This document shows, one piece after another, positions 17,523-28,107 of a stretch of DNA of 64,000 nt. A program made the position numbers and the translations under genes. Each line of letters begins with the position of its first letter. The first letter of the stretch is position 1. The notes below the pieces were generated by a model that was not told the DNA's origin, did no database searches, and saw only the letters and a list, made by a program, of their open reading frames with translations. Source of the DNA: Campylobacterales bacterium (GTDB taxonomy: Bacteria; Campylobacterota; Campylobacteria; Campylobacterales; Sulfurimonadaceae); the NCBI GenBank assembly GCA_016938595.1, contig JAFGUJ010000020.1, positions 17,140 through 81,139 on the forward strand, given 5' to 3'.

Positions 17523-20105
17523 CTACCTCTGGTAGTAGTCGGACTTTTGGGGACGGCTGAAAAGGTATCCCTGATAGAGGTTGCATCCCATTTCTCTGAG
17601 CGCTTCGAACTGCTCGTGCGTTTCCACCCCCTCGGCGATCACTTCCAGGCCGAACGCATCGGCGATCGCGATCATGGTCTGGATGATCGTCCGATCGGAC
17701 GCGCTTTCGGGGAGTGCTTTGACAAACGACTGGTCGATTTTCAGTTCATCGATCGGGAGATGCTTCAGATAGGAGAGGCTCGAATACCCCGTACCGAAAT
17801 CATCGATCGAGAGGGTGAAACCGATGGATTTAAGCTCATTGATTTTTTCCATCGCTGCTCCCGCATCGCGGATCAGGAGCCCTTCGGTCAGTTCAAGCCG
17901 GAGCTTGGCCGGATCGATGGGGATATCGGAGAGAAGGCGTTTGAGGTGAGGGACGAAATCGGCCTGTTCAAACTGCCGCGGGCTGACGTTGACCGAGATG
18001 CGCCACGCGTGCCGGATCGGATCGCTGCTCCACAGGAGGATTTGACCGGCCGCCTGTTCCAGAATCCATTGCCCCAGAGGCAGGATGAGACCCGATTCTT
18101 CGGCCAACGGTATGAACTGCGCCGGCGAAACCGCTCCGTGTTTGGGATGGTCCCACCGCAGGAGCATTTCGACGCCGACGGTGACCGCTTGAGGATCGAC
18201 CTGCTCCTGATAGGCCAGATACAAGGCCCGCTGTTCGACGGCGACCCGGAGCTCCTGCACCATTTTGGCCTGCGCCGCCATCGTCTCCTGCAGCGCCGCG
18301 TCGTAAAAGCGGTAGGTGTTGCGTCCGCTGTTTTTGGCGGCATACATCGCACTGTCGGCATAGGCAAAGAGTTCGTTCGCATCGATTCGTTCGCCGTCGA
18401 ATAAGACGATACCGACACTGGCGGTCAGATAAAAGGGTTCGTTGTCGAGGAAAAACGGTTCTTTGGCGATGTCCAGGATTTTCTGGGCGTTTGATTGCGC
18501 CACGTTTGCCGCGGCGTGCGGATCGGAGGCGATGTTTTCGATCAGAATGACGAATTCGTCGCCTCCGAAGCGGGCAACCGTATCGGACTGGCGCAGATGG
18601 GATACGAGCCTTTCCCCCATTTGATTAAGAATGTTGTCACCGTTAAAATGCCCTTTGAGATCGTTGAGGCCTTTGAAGTTGTCAAGGTCGATGAAGAGGA
18701 GGGCGCCGTAGCGGTGGGTGCGAGCACTTACTTTCATCGCCTGGGCGAACCGTTCCATCAGTAAGTGGCGGTTGGGCAGCCCTGTCAGGGGATCGTAATA
18801 GGAGAGCCTCTGTATATCGTCTTGCTGGAAAAACGAATTGATGGCGAAGCCAAGATCGCCGGAAAGTTCATTGATCATCGCTTTTTCTTCTTCACCGAAA
18901 CCTTCTGTCTGGGCCGTGCAGATGGTCATGACACCGAACGCATCGGCCGAAAAATTGTCTTTTCTCAGCGGGGTGGTATAAAGGGAGGTGATGCCGTACC
19001 GGCCGATATTCTGCCGGCACTGCTCCGTTAATTCGGATCGTACATCAGCAAGGATAAAAGGACGGTTCTCCTCCATGGCCCTGCGTTCGATCGGAAGGGT
19101 CTCCCACTCCCCATCGATTCCGTAGACCGCTTTTGCCCGTAGCTCTCCACCTTCAAACAGTGAAATAGCAACCCAGGAGAAAGTAGGGTTGGCTGCGAGG
19201 CATTTGGCGGTGGATCGGATCAGCTCATCCAGAGATTGCGAGGTGATCAGGATCTGATTGCTGTCCGCAACGGTGCGAAGGATGGAAAAAAGGTATTGCT
19301 GACGCTGATAGGCTTCCTCCAGCTCATTGGCTTTGTCCGCAAGCTCGAGGGTCTGGCGGCGGACTTCGGATTTGAGTTGCTGTTTGGATTTTATGTCGCG
19401 GCGGGTGAGCTCACGTATCGCATAATAGATCAGCCCCAGTAAAAAGAGGATGATGCTCCACCCGAACAGGGCCTCTTTCAAAAAAATCGACAGGCTGTGT
19501 TCGCTCAGCTCTTCCTTGGGGATTTTGATGCTGGTCAGCCCCCTGATATCCCCGACGTTGTAGCCATAGGCGCTGTCGTAACGGCGGGCGATGTAGGGGA
19601 GCACCTCCTCTTTTTTCCCGTGGCACTGGATGCAATAGGGCTCGATTTTGATCGGCGAGGCGTAAAAAAAATACTCCTTTCCGTTTTGGGTGATGGTGGT
19701 GAAACGCTCTTTGAGTTCGGGGTTTTCGGCAAAATGCCGCATCGCTTCGAGTTCGTGCGAATCGGCCGCATTGGAGGGATTGCGCGGACGGTCGCTGACG
19801 TTGCGGATGGAGGTACCGTCAAAGGATCGTTTGGAAAATTCATCGCTGATGAGGGCGGCGGCATGGGCGGGGAGGAAACCGACCGTCGAATCGTTCAGAT
19901 CCAGCCCGCTGGAGAGGAACTGGTGGTGGTAGACAAAGCGCATGGAGTTGAAATAGGCTTGCAGCGTGTGGGCACGGCTTACGGCCCTGGTCTCGACCAG
20001 TTGCTGGTTTTGATGGTAGAGGTAGAGGGTGATGAGAAGCGTCGCGCCGGCAATGAATGCGGCAATGATCCAAAAAAGCTGTTTCGTCAGATTCAAATGG
20101 CCCAT
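17523..20105 (-). CDS. DUF3365 (Tll0287-like c-heme) - GAF - GGDEF - EAL c-di-GMP protein
   Basis: SDRPRNPSN and CIQCHG heme motif between two TMs, GAF region, GGDEF intact, EML(L)R and DDFGTGYSS. Confidence 0.88.
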   Translation of the reverse strand: MGHLNLTKQLFWIIAAFIAGATLLITLYLYHQNQQLVETRAVSRAHTLQAYFNSMRFVYHHQFLSSGLDLNDSTVGFLPAHAAALISDEFSKRSFDGTSIRNVSDRPRNPSNAADSHELEAMRHFAENPELKERFTTITQNGKEYFFYASPIKIEPYCIQCHGKKEEVLPYIARRYDSAYGYNVGDIRGLTSIKIPKEELSEHSLSIFLKEALFGWSIILFLLGLIYYAIRELTRRDIKSKQQLKSEVRRQTLELADKANELEEAYQRQQYLFSILRTVADSNQILITSQSLDELIRSTAKCLAANPTFSWVAISLFEGGELRAKAVYGIDGEWETLPIERRAMEENRPFILADVRSELTEQCRQNIGRYGITSLYTTPLRKDNFSADAFGVMTICTAQTEGFGEEEKAMINELSGDLGFAINSFFQQDDIQRLSYYDPLTGLPNRHLLMERFAQAMKVSARTHRYGALLFIDLDNFKGLNDLKGHFNGDNILNQMGERLVSHLRQSDTVARFGGDEFVILIENIASDPHAAANVAQSNAQKILDIAKEPFFLDNEPFYLTASVGIVLFDGERIDANELFAYADSAMYAAKNSGRNTYRFYDAALQETMAAQAKMVQELRVAVEQRALYLAYQEQVDPQAVTVGVEMLLRWDHPKHGAVSPAQFIPLAEESGLILPLGQWILEQAAGQILLWSSDPIRHAWRISVNVSPRQFEQADFVPHLKRLLSDIPIDPAKLRLELTEGLLIRDAGAAMEKINELKSIGFTLSIDDFGTGYSSLSYLKHLPIDELKIDQSFVKALPESASDRTIIQTMIAIADAFGLEVIAEGVETHEQFEALREMGCNLYQGYLFSRPQKSDYYQR

Positions 20106-20221
20106 TTTTTTCCTCTATACTGGTGAGGAACATTATAGTCTTAAAATGTTAACAAATGTGTTTAAACGTAGAAATTAATTCTTGGAATGAAATATAAGAA
20201 AGTTTTTGGAAGGAGAAGAGG

Positions 20222-20241
20222 GATTCCCGCGGCCGGGAATC
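20222..20241 (-). terminator. Hairpin terminator downstream of sdhE
   Basis: Perfect inverted repeat GATTCCCG-CGGC-CGGGAATC 7 nt after the stop codon. Confidence 0.6.
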
Positions 20242-20248
20242 AAGCGAT

Positions 20249-21127
20249 TTAGACGAAATCGACTTTTGTGACGTGATGGCCCAGCCCGAGTTCGGCCGGG
20301 GTGCAGCCCAGAGCCAATCCTACCATCTGCGGCATGTGCAGGACGGGGAGTTTGACGTCGCGGCCGATTGCCTTGGAAGCGTTGTGGTGCTGGACGTCGA
20401 GTTTGAGATGACACAGAGGGCAGGGGGTGACCATCCAGTCTGCGTTGGCATCCATTGCACCTGCGATCGCGTTACCGGTCAGCACCGCTGCCGTTTTGGG
20501 GGCCTGAAGCTCGGCGTGGAAACCGCAGCATTTGTTTTTCTCTTCGTAATCGACGTTGACACCGCCGCACGCGATGATCAGATCATCAAGCGAGGTCGGG
20601 TTGTAGGGGTTTTCACCGCCGTTGGAGAGGTTTTGAAGCTCTGAGGGACGGATGTTGTGGCATCCGTAGAACGGTGCGATGTTGAACTGGCTCAGCGGAA
20701 CCTGTACTTTGGCCGCGAGGTTTTCGAGTCCGTAGTCCTGGATCAGGGCGTAGAGGAAGTGGGTCACCTCGCTGCTCCCCTTGTACTCCAGCCCCACTTC
20801 GGCCAGTTTCGCATTGACGCGCGCTTTGAGCTCGGGGTTGGTGTCGAGGCGGTGTTTGGTCATCGCCGTGTTGAGCTGGCAGGTATTACAGATCGTTACC
20901 ATCGTCAGACCCAGTTTTTCCGCATAGCAGATGTTGCGGGCATTGAGGACGAGCGAGAGGAAATCGTCGTAATCCTGCAGGTGAGACGCGCCGCAGCAGG
21001 TCGCTTCGTCCAGCAAGACGAGTTCAATCCCCAGTTTGTCCGCGATCGCCAATGTCGATTTTAGAAGCTCCGGGGTACTTTCACGTGCCGTACATCCGGT
21101 ATAAAGGGCGTATTTGAGTTTTTCCAT
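20249..21127 (-). CDS. sdhE: CCG-domain (HdrB-like) anchor subunit of type E succinate:quinone oxidoreductase
   Basis: YTGC, TCCG, CNTC, FYGC, KCCG and CPLC motifs (two CCG domains). Confidence 0.85.
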   Translation of the reverse strand: MEKLKYALYTGCTARESTPELLKSTLAIADKLGIELVLLDEATCCGASHLQDYDDFLSLVLNARNICYAEKLGLTMVTICNTCQLNTAMTKHRLDTNPELKARVNAKLAEVGLEYKGSSEVTHFLYALIQDYGLENLAAKVQVPLSQFNIAPFYGCHNIRPSELQNLSNGGENPYNPTSLDDLIIACGGVNVDYEEKNKCCGFHAELQAPKTAAVLTGNAIAGAMDANADWMVTPCPLCHLKLDVQHHNASKAIGRDVKLPVLHMPQMVGLALGCTPAELGLGHHVTKVDFV

Positions 21128-21136
21128 AATCAGCTC

Positions 21137-22114
21137 CTAGAATTTGACAGTCGATGAAGATTTGATCAGTTTTTTCACTTCATCGAGGTTTTTGGATTTT
21201 GGCATGTTCCACGGCATGACAATTTTGCCGTTTTTCCACATGGCGATCGCTTCGGGAAGGTGTTTCATAACGCCGATGTTTCCTTCGGAGTAGCGTACCA
21301 GTTCCCCTTCGTCGAGCAGACCGTGTTTGTCAATTGAGTGGGCAAAACCGACGGCATGACGGGTGGCGACGTTATTTTTCGCCACACCGGCTTCAAAAAT
21401 CATGTTGTGAAGCTTGGTGATTTTTTCGATCGGGTTGACCTCTTTGGGGCACACCTGCGCACACTCCATACATTTGACACAGTCCCAGACCCCCTGGGCT
21501 TCTTCGTTGACGATGTTCAGACGCTCTACGGATGCATTGTCCCGGACGTCGGCGGCGAAACGGTAGGCCGCGGCAAACGCGGCAGGACCAAAATACTGCT
21601 CGTTGATTTCGAGTGACGGACAGGAGTAGTGGCATGCACCGCACTGGATGCAGTAGTCGGCTTCGAGGAGCTTCTCGGCATCGTGGGGGCTGACGAGGTT
21701 TTCCTGCGCCGGGTGTTCGGCGATGTCGGCTTCCACGTAGGGCTTGATCGCCGCGTGTTTGTCCCAGAAATCTTTTTTGTCGATGATGAGGTCTTTAATG
21801 GCGCGTTTGGTGCTGAGCGGTTCGATCACCAGTTCGTTGCCGAAGACGTCGATCATGTCGAAAAGGCGTGTTTTACAGGCGAGGACGGCTTTGCCGCTTA
21901 CTTTGATCGCACAGACGCCGCAGATACCGTGGCGGCAGCTCCGGCGGTAGGAGAGACTTCCGTCGTGATCCCATTTGATCCGGTTGAGGATGTCGAGGAC
22001 GACCTCTTCGTGAGTGACATCGAGAGTGTAGGTGTTGTAATAGGGGAGGTAATCGGTCTCTTCATTGAAACGGAAAACCTTGAACGTCACCTGTTGCGTT
22101 TGTAGTGTATCCAT
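21137..22114 (-). CDS. sdhB: Succinate dehydrogenase/fumarate reductase Fe-S subunit (type E)
   Basis: CRHGICGVC 2Fe-2S motif; CIQCGACHYSCP and CVKCMECAQVCP are both full 4Fe-4S motifs; AAGGAG RBS before 22114. Confidence 0.9.
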   Translation of the reverse strand: MDTLQTQQVTFKVFRFNEETDYLPYYNTYTLDVTHEEVVLDILNRIKWDHDGSLSYRRSCRHGICGVCAIKVSGKAVLACKTRLFDMIDVFGNELVIEPLSTKRAIKDLIIDKKDFWDKHAAIKPYVEADIAEHPAQENLVSPHDAEKLLEADYCIQCGACHYSCPSLEINEQYFGPAAFAAAYRFAADVRDNASVERLNIVNEEAQGVWDCVKCMECAQVCPKEVNPIEKITKLHNMIFEAGVAKNNVATRHAVGFAHSIDKHGLLDEGELVRYSEGNIGVMKHLPEAIAMWKNGKIVMPWNMPKSKNLDEVKKLIKSSSTVKF

Positions 22115-22124
22115 GTCGCTCTCC

Positions 22125-23837
22125 TTAATATGATCGTGCTTTGACTTCATGGCGGCCGAGGGTGACGTCCATGTAATCGAGGGTAATGTTGCCGTTTTCA
22201 TCCATGTAGGCCATCGTGTGCTTCAGGAATTTTTCGTCATCACGGGTCGGGAAATCCTCACGGTAGTGGGCTCCGCGGCTCTCTTTGCGCTCAAGGGCAC
22301 TGGCGACGATAAACGCGGAGTAGTCGAGCATGTGTCCCAGCTCGATCGCCTCCTGGAGTTCCGTGTTGAAGATTTTCGATTTGTCCGAAATTCGGATGTT
22401 TTTGTAGCGAGCACGGAGCTCTTTCAAAATTTCCATTTGTTTCGTCAACGTTTCAGCGGTACGGAAAACGCCGGCATTGTCGGTCATTGACTCCTGAAGT
22501 TCGTTGCGCAGTGCGCTGACCGATTCCTGGCCGTTGTTGGTCAGAACCCACTCCATCTCATCGATCATCCGCTGTGCGTCTGCTTCGCTCGCCTGCATGA
22601 GCGGGATGCTGTCGACTTCCTCGATCATCGTTTTCCCGACGAAACGGCCGAACAGCAACGCTTCGAGAACCGAATTGGCTCCGAGGCGGTTGGCGCCGTG
22701 GACGCTGGAACATGAACATTCGCCTGCCGCGTAGAACCCTTCGACGAACTCGGTGTTGTTTTTGCGGACGTGTCCCTCTTTGTCCATCGGGATACCCCCC
22801 ATAGAATAGTGGGCCGTCGCGGAAATGAGGATCGGTTCTTTGATCATGTCAAGACCAAGGAAGGTAATCGCAAGGTCGCGAAGTTCCGGGAGGCGTTCCA
22901 TGATCTTCTCTTTGCCCAGGTGGACCAGATCGATGTAGACGGCGTCTTTGCGCGGTCCGACACCGCGTCCTTCGCGGATCTCCTGGATGATGGCGCGTGC
23001 GACTACGTCGCGTGAAGCGAGCTCCATCGCGTTGGGGGCGTATTTCTCCATAAAGCGCTCACCCAGGGAGTTGAGGAGTTTTCCTCCCTCGCCGCGGGCT
23101 GCTTCGGAGATGAGGACGCCGTTTCCTGAAAGCCCCGATGGGTGGAACTGGACGAACTCCATGTCCTCCAGCGGCAATCCGTGACGTGCGACAAGCGAGA
23201 GGCCGTCACCCGTATTGGCGTGGGCGTTTGAGTTGATTTTGAACGCTCTGGCGTATCCGCCGGTCGCGAACATGACCGCTTTGGCGTTGAAGATTGCTTT
23301 TTCACTGTTGCGGATGTTGTAAGCGGCCACTCCGTAGACTTTTCCGTCACGGTAAAGAAGGTCGGCAACATACCATTCGTCCCAGAATTCCACCCCTTCG
23401 CGGAACGCCTGCTCGTAAATCGTTTGAAGCAGGGTAAGACCCGTACGGTCTTTGGCGAAACAGGCGCGCGGCGAAGATTGTCCGCCGAACGGGCGCTGAG
23501 CGATGGTTCCGTCTTCATTACGGCTGAACGCCGCACCCATCCGTTCCGCCCAGCGGATAGTTTCGGGAGCTTTTTCACACATGAACTGGACGACGTCCTG
23601 GTCGGCAAGATAATCAGAACCTTTGACGGTGTCAAACTCGTGGAGCTCGACACTGTCCTGATCGCTGAACGCGGCATTGATTCCACCCTGCGCCGCACCG
23701 GAGTGGCTCCGCAATGGGTGTAGTTTCGTGATAACGGCAACTTTTTTACCGTTTTTCTGCAACTCGCGAGCCGCGGCACATCCGGCCAAACCGGCTCCGA
23801 CAATTACCGCATCATAAGTATAAATGGGAATACTCAT
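22125..23837 (-). CDS. sdhA: Succinate dehydrogenase/fumarate reductase flavoprotein
   Basis: [16 protein letters not shown] (FAD-His), QFHPSG, HYSMGG and [10 protein letters not shown] motifs. Confidence 0.93.
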   Translation of the reverse strand: MSIPIYTYDAVIVGAGLAGCAAARELQKNGKKVAVITKLHPLRSHSGAAQGGINAAFSDQDSVELHEFDTVKGSDYLADQDVVQFMCEKAPETIRWAERMGAAFSRNEDGTIAQRPFGGQSSPRACFAKDRTGLTLLQTIYEQAFREGVEFWDEWYVADLLYRDGKVYGVAAYNIRNSEKAIFNAKAVMFATGGYARAFKINSNAHANTGDGLSLVARHGLPLEDMEFVQFHPSGLSGNGVLISEAARGEGGKLLNSLGERFMEKYAPNAMELASRDVVARAIIQEIREGRGVGPRKDAVYIDLVHLGKEKIMERLPELRDLAITFLGLDMIKEPILISATAHYSMGGIPMDKEGHVRKNNTEFVEGFYAAGECSCSSVHGANRLGANSVLEALLFGRFVGKTMIEEVDSIPLMQASEADAQRMIDEMEWVLTNNGQESVSALRNELQESMTDNAGVFRTAETLTKQMEILKELRARYKNIRISDKSKIFNTELQEAIELGHMLDYSAFIVASALERKESRGAHYREDFPTRDDEKFLKHTMAYMDENGNITLDYMDVTLGRHEVKARSY

Positions 23838-24013
23838 ACGCCTTCCTTGATTAAAATCTGTGGACGATTATAGCGCGCCGCTCCTTGGGCAAGATTAAAA
23901 CGGGTTGCGAACCTTTTGATAGGGGCAAAGTGGGAAAAACTGTCCAAAATAGTAACAATAAAAGAGTCTTTTCCACTCAAAATGGGTGGAAAAGTTACAA
24001 TTAGCAGGGAAAA

Positions 24014-25207
24014 TCAGTGGAAAACGTCGAGCTTGTCCCGCAGCTGTGCGACGCGGTTCCCGCCGTTCGCTTTGGCCTTTTCGATCAGTTTGAGGGTGTC
24101 TTCTATGCTCTCGTCGATGTTTTTGTTCGGGGTTTTGAGAAGGAATCCCGCACTGAGGGTGATCCGCATCTCTCCGCGGGAGGTGGGGAAAGCGGAGGCT
24201 TCGACCAGGCGGACGATGTCCTCGCACTCATCCAATGCTGTATGTTTAGCGTTTCGGGTAAGGACAAAAACGATACGGTCTCCCTCGGTATGGCCAATCG
24301 CGTCGAGGGGTTGTTCGTACAGGGAGACGATCTCTCCGATTTTTTTCACCATGGCACCTCTGTCCTCATCGGAGAGAGAAGCGATCCGTTCAGCGTATCC
24401 GTCAATTTCGAACTGGCAGACGAAAACGCTGTTCCCCCCTTTGCCCGGTTTTTTGCTGTTCAGCACCGCAATGAGCCCTTTTTCATTGTTAAGTCCGCTG
24501 AACGGGTGGATGAGATTGGGGGCTGCAGATATCTGTCCGGACTGGCGGGCGAGGCGTTTGAGAACGTAATCGATTTCGCGCGTGTACGCCTCTTTTTTAC
24601 CTCCATGGACGTCTACCGAACAGACGCGGTGGATATCGCGGTAAATCTGCCGGAGGCGGTGGCTGTAGAAGAAAAAGACCCCCAGACCGACACAAAAGAC
24701 GAATAGGGCGGTTATCTTGGCGGTTGCAATCGATTGGGTGATGATATGAATCTGATAATCAACCATCCGGTCGATGTCGCTCAAGTAGGCAGTCCGAGCG
24801 TTCATCATCCTCTCCCGGTTCGCATCGGCTCCGGTGGCAGAGGATTCGGACCATATCAGGGCATTGTCCTGAAACGTTTGCGACGACAGGCTCAGTGATC
24901 TTAGCAGAGAGGCCTGTTCTTCGTTGGAATTGATCAACGCATCGAACAGGGCCTCTTCTCCCGAGAGCTTGACGGAGAGGGTGATCTCGGAAACTGCGCC
25001 GTTGATGTGAATCGCCGCCATCCTCGGATCGCTCATGTCGCTGCTGATGATCTTCTCGATCAACAGGTGCTGATTTTTGAGCGCTCCGAGCCGCTCACCG
25101 TACTGGGAAATGTGAAACAGCTGCAGGGTGAGGAGAAACACTCCCGCACCCAGGAACAGCAACATCATCCGGAGGTTGAAGAAAACTTTTCGTATGGAAA
25201 TATGCAT
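24014..25207 (-). CDS. Membrane protein with degenerate GGDEF domain
   Basis: Two TMs; HPFSGLNN, EIDGY, HTEGDRI in place of GGDEF, AKANGGNRV. Confidence 0.7.
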   Translation of the reverse strand: MHISIRKVFFNLRMMLLFLGAGVFLLTLQLFHISQYGERLGALKNQHLLIEKIISSDMSDPRMAAIHINGAVSEITLSVKLSGEEALFDALINSNEEQASLLRSLSLSSQTFQDNALIWSESSATGADANRERMMNARTAYLSDIDRMVDYQIHIITQSIATAKITALFVFCVGLGVFFFYSHRLRQIYRDIHRVCSVDVHGGKKEAYTREIDYVLKRLARQSGQISAAPNLIHPFSGLNNEKGLIAVLNSKKPGKGGNSVFVCQFEIDGYAERIASLSDEDRGAMVKKIGEIVSLYEQPLDAIGHTEGDRIVFVLTRNAKHTALDECEDIVRLVEASAFPTSRGEMRITLSAGFLLKTPNKNIDESIEDTLKLIEKAKANGGNRVAQLRDKLDVFH

Positions 25208-25358
25208 GGTATTCTCTCATTCCTTTCTAGGGTGTTAAAGCCACAATAAAGGGCATTCTATCACAAACCGGGGCAAATAAAAAAAACTTAACGCTTCCGT
25301 AATCACATTTTGACTATAATAATTGTTTTAGTGATCTTGACAAAAGCAGCGGTGGACG

Positions 25359-26186
25359 GTGAACGCAGAATATTATTTTATTGATGCTTTTAGAACCCCA
25401 CGGACGCGGATCGGCGATGACGGTGCGTGGATCGGGGAGTGGGTTTACAGCAAAGATCTTTTTTTCGAGAACGTCCATTTCAAACGCGACTGGCTGACCC
25501 CCTTTCAAATCGGATACAAGGCGATGATCGTCAACATCTCCGATGCGGTCGCGATGAATGCGGTTCCCCGATACGCCCTGCTGGGGGTGGCAATGCCCAA
25601 GTCGATGAGCCTGCACCAGATGCAGGAACTCGCATCGGGAATCAAAGAAGCCGCCGACGCGTTCGGGATCGAAATCATCGGCGGCGACACGATCGGAAAC
25701 GTCAAGCTCGACCTCTCTGTCACGATCGTTTCGCAAAGCGACGGGAAAGCGCTGACGAGGGCGGGGCTCAAAGAGGGGGATATGCTGGCTTACACGGGGA
25801 AAATCGGTGATTCGGGGAGGCAGCTGCGCTATCTGCTCTCCGGAGGCAGAATCCATACCAAAAGCCGCTTCGCCGTCCCGACGCTGCGCCAGAGCTTTGT
25901 TCGCAAAGCGCGGCCGTACCTGCGGTGCGGGATGGATATTTCAGACGGTCTTTACAGCGATGTCGAGAAGCTCTGCCGTGCCAACCGCAAAGGGATCGCG
26001 TTTCGGAAGAACATACGCAAAAAAATCGGCTGCAGCGGGGAAGAGTACGAAATGCTCATCGCTTATGCGCCCCGCCATGCCAAAACGCTTCGGCGCCTTT
26101 CCGCACTGACCCGGACTCCGCTCCATACGATCGGACGGGTCAAGCGGGGGACATTCACCAACCGCTGCAAAGCGCACCATTTCTAG
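25359..26186 (+). CDS. thiL: Thiamine-monophosphate kinase
   Basis: IGDDGA, VNISDAVAMNA, IGGDT, DISDGL and GEEYE motifs. Confidence 0.88.
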   Translation: MNAEYYFIDAFRTPRTRIGDDGAWIGEWVYSKDLFFENVHFKRDWLTPFQIGYKAMIVNISDAVAMNAVPRYALLGVAMPKSMSLHQMQELASGIKEAADAFGIEIIGGDTIGNVKLDLSVTIVSQSDGKALTRAGLKEGDMLAYTGKIGDSGRQLRYLLSGGRIHTKSRFAVPTLRQSFVRKARPYLRCGMDISDGLYSDVEKLCRANRKGIAFRKNIRKKIGCSGEEYEMLIAYAPRHAKTLRRLSALTRTPLHTIGRVKRGTFTNRCKAHHF

Positions 26187-26193
26187 GAGTTTC

Positions 26194-27285
26194 ATGGAAC
26201 GTCAGTATTATCTTCCCCACAGCCCGATCGAGTTTCACTTCCGGCAGTCCCCGCGCGATTTTGTCGTCGACGAAATCCCCCTCTACCCTTTCAGCGGGGA
26301 GGGGGAACACCTCGTACTGCATGTGCGGAAAAAGAACCTCTCCACCTGGCAGATGGTCGACATTTTCAGCAACCATCTGGGGATCAAGGGGCGCGACATA
26401 GGTTACGCCGGTCTCAAGGACAAGAACGCCCAGACGAAGCAGTATATCTCGCTTCCCCGCAAATACGAGGAGGCGCTGGAGCGCTTTGAACACGAAGGGA
26501 TCAAAATCCTCTCCAAAACCTACCACAACAACAAAATACGGGTGGGACATCTAAAGGGAAATCGCTTTTTTATCCGTCTCAAAAAAGTGACCCCCGTCGC
26601 GGCGTCGAAGATTTCCGAGGCGCTTCGGATGATCAAGTTGCACGGGATGCCCAACTATTTCGGATTTCAGCGTTTCGGTCTGGACGGCGAAAACTACAAA
26701 AAAGGCTCGGCGATTTTGGCTGGAACCCTCAAAGAGAAAAACAAAAAACTGGCGCAGTTTTACGTCAATGCCTACCAGAGCTACCTGTTCAATGACTGGC
26801 TGAGCCGCCGGATCGAAATCTCCAAACTGGTGGATGCTTTCAGCGTTCAGGAACTTTCTTCGATCGTCTCCCTCCCCAAAGAGGAGTGTGAAGCGATGAA
26901 AGAGCAGAAACACCCTTTCAAACTGATCCACGGGGATGTGATGATGCACTATCCCTACGGGCGGCTGTTTCACTACGTCGACGCAACGGAGCCGGAGCGT
27001 TTCCGCTCCCGTGATATTTCGGTCAGCGGTCTGCTGAGCGGCAAACGTGCCACCCGGGCCGAAGGGCTTGCCGGCGAGATCGAAAAAAACTACGATACGA
27101 TCACGAGCGGCATCGACGGCGCCCGCCGCTACGGCTGGATTTTCCCCGAAGAGGTGGAGGGGGAGTACAAGGAGCAGGAAGCGTGGTATGAACTCCATTT
27201 CACCCTTCCCAAAGGTTCCTACGCGACCGTGCTGATCGAAGAGATCGCCAAACGCGCTATCCAAACCGACGAATATCAGGAGTAG
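26194..27285 (+). CDS. truD: tRNA pseudouridine(13) synthase
   Basis: DFVVDE, AGLKDK, GNRF, NYFGFQRFG and FTLPKGSYAT motifs. Confidence 0.95.
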   Translation: MERQYYLPHSPIEFHFRQSPRDFVVDEIPLYPFSGEGEHLVLHVRKKNLSTWQMVDIFSNHLGIKGRDIGYAGLKDKNAQTKQYISLPRKYEEALERFEHEGIKILSKTYHNNKIRVGHLKGNRFFIRLKKVTPVAASKISEALRMIKLHGMPNYFGFQRFGLDGENYKKGSAILAGTLKEKNKKLAQFYVNAYQSYLFNDWLSRRIEISKLVDAFSVQELSSIVSLPKEECEAMKEQKHPFKLIHGDVMMHYPYGRLFHYVDATEPERFRSRDISVSGLLSGKRATRAEGLAGEIEKNYDTITSGIDGARRYGWIFPEEVEGEYKEQEAWYELHFTLPKGSYATVLIEEIAKRAIQTDEYQE

Positions 27286-27288
27286 ACC

Positions 27289-28107
27289 TTGAAACAACAT
27301 TTTACCTCGGCACTTTCGCAGGCTTTCGGCCGTTTTGCGTCCAAAAAGCATTCACCTTCGGCGCAGAAAATCATCAATCGCAGCTATGTACGGATGATGG
27401 GACTGGATATGGGCGAATTCGAATCTCCCGAAACCTATCCGACCCTCAATGCCCTGTTCACCCGCAAATTCCGGCTCATGCGCCCTTTCTCGGACGATCC
27501 TGCGGCGATGATCAGCCCGTGCGATTCTCTGATCACCGAGTGCGGAACGATCGAAAACGGTCTTGCTTTGCAGATCAAGGGGATGAGTTATTCGGTCGAT
27601 GAGGTTTTGGGTGAATACATCTCCTTAGAGTCCAAAGAAGCGGTACGAGATGGGGTATTTGCCAATTTCTATCTCTCGCCGCGCGATTACCATCGCTATC
27701 ATGCCCCGATCGATATGAAGGTGCTCAAAGCGGTCCATATTCCGGGCAAACTCTATCCCGTCAATATCCCCTCGCTCAACAAAAGGGTGAACCTTTTTAT
27801 CGAAAACGAGCGGGTGGTGATGGAGTGTCTGAGCCGCGAGGGGAAACGGTTTTTTCTGATCCTCGTGGGCGCTTTGAATGTCGGGAAAATGGAGGTGAGT
27901 TTTGAGCCCCGTATCCAGACCAATCAGGATGCCTCCCCGAGTGTCCATTCCTATAGCGATCTTTGGCTCGCCAAAGGGGAAGATTTCGGATGTTTCCAGA
28001 TGGGGTCGACGATTGTGATGCTTTGCGAGAAGGGGATGATCGATCTGAATATCGAAGCCGCCCAGAACGTCCGTTTCGGCCAGACGATCGCGGAGGTCAA
28101 TTTCTGA
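27289..28107 (+). CDS. psd: Phosphatidylserine decarboxylase proenzyme
   Basis: FTR, SPCD, YLSPRDYHRYH, VGALNVG and MGST cleavage motif; TTG start. Confidence 0.92.
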   Translation: MKQHFTSALSQAFGRFASKKHSPSAQKIINRSYVRMMGLDMGEFESPETYPTLNALFTRKFRLMRPFSDDPAAMISPCDSLITECGTIENGLALQIKGMSYSVDEVLGEYISLESKEAVRDGVFANFYLSPRDYHRYHAPIDMKVLKAVHIPGKLYPVNIPSLNKRVNLFIENERVVMECLSREGKRFFLILVGALNVGKMEVSFEPRIQTNQDASPSVHSYSDLWLAKGEDFGCFQMGSTIVMLCEKGMIDLNIEAAQNVRFGQTIAEVNF

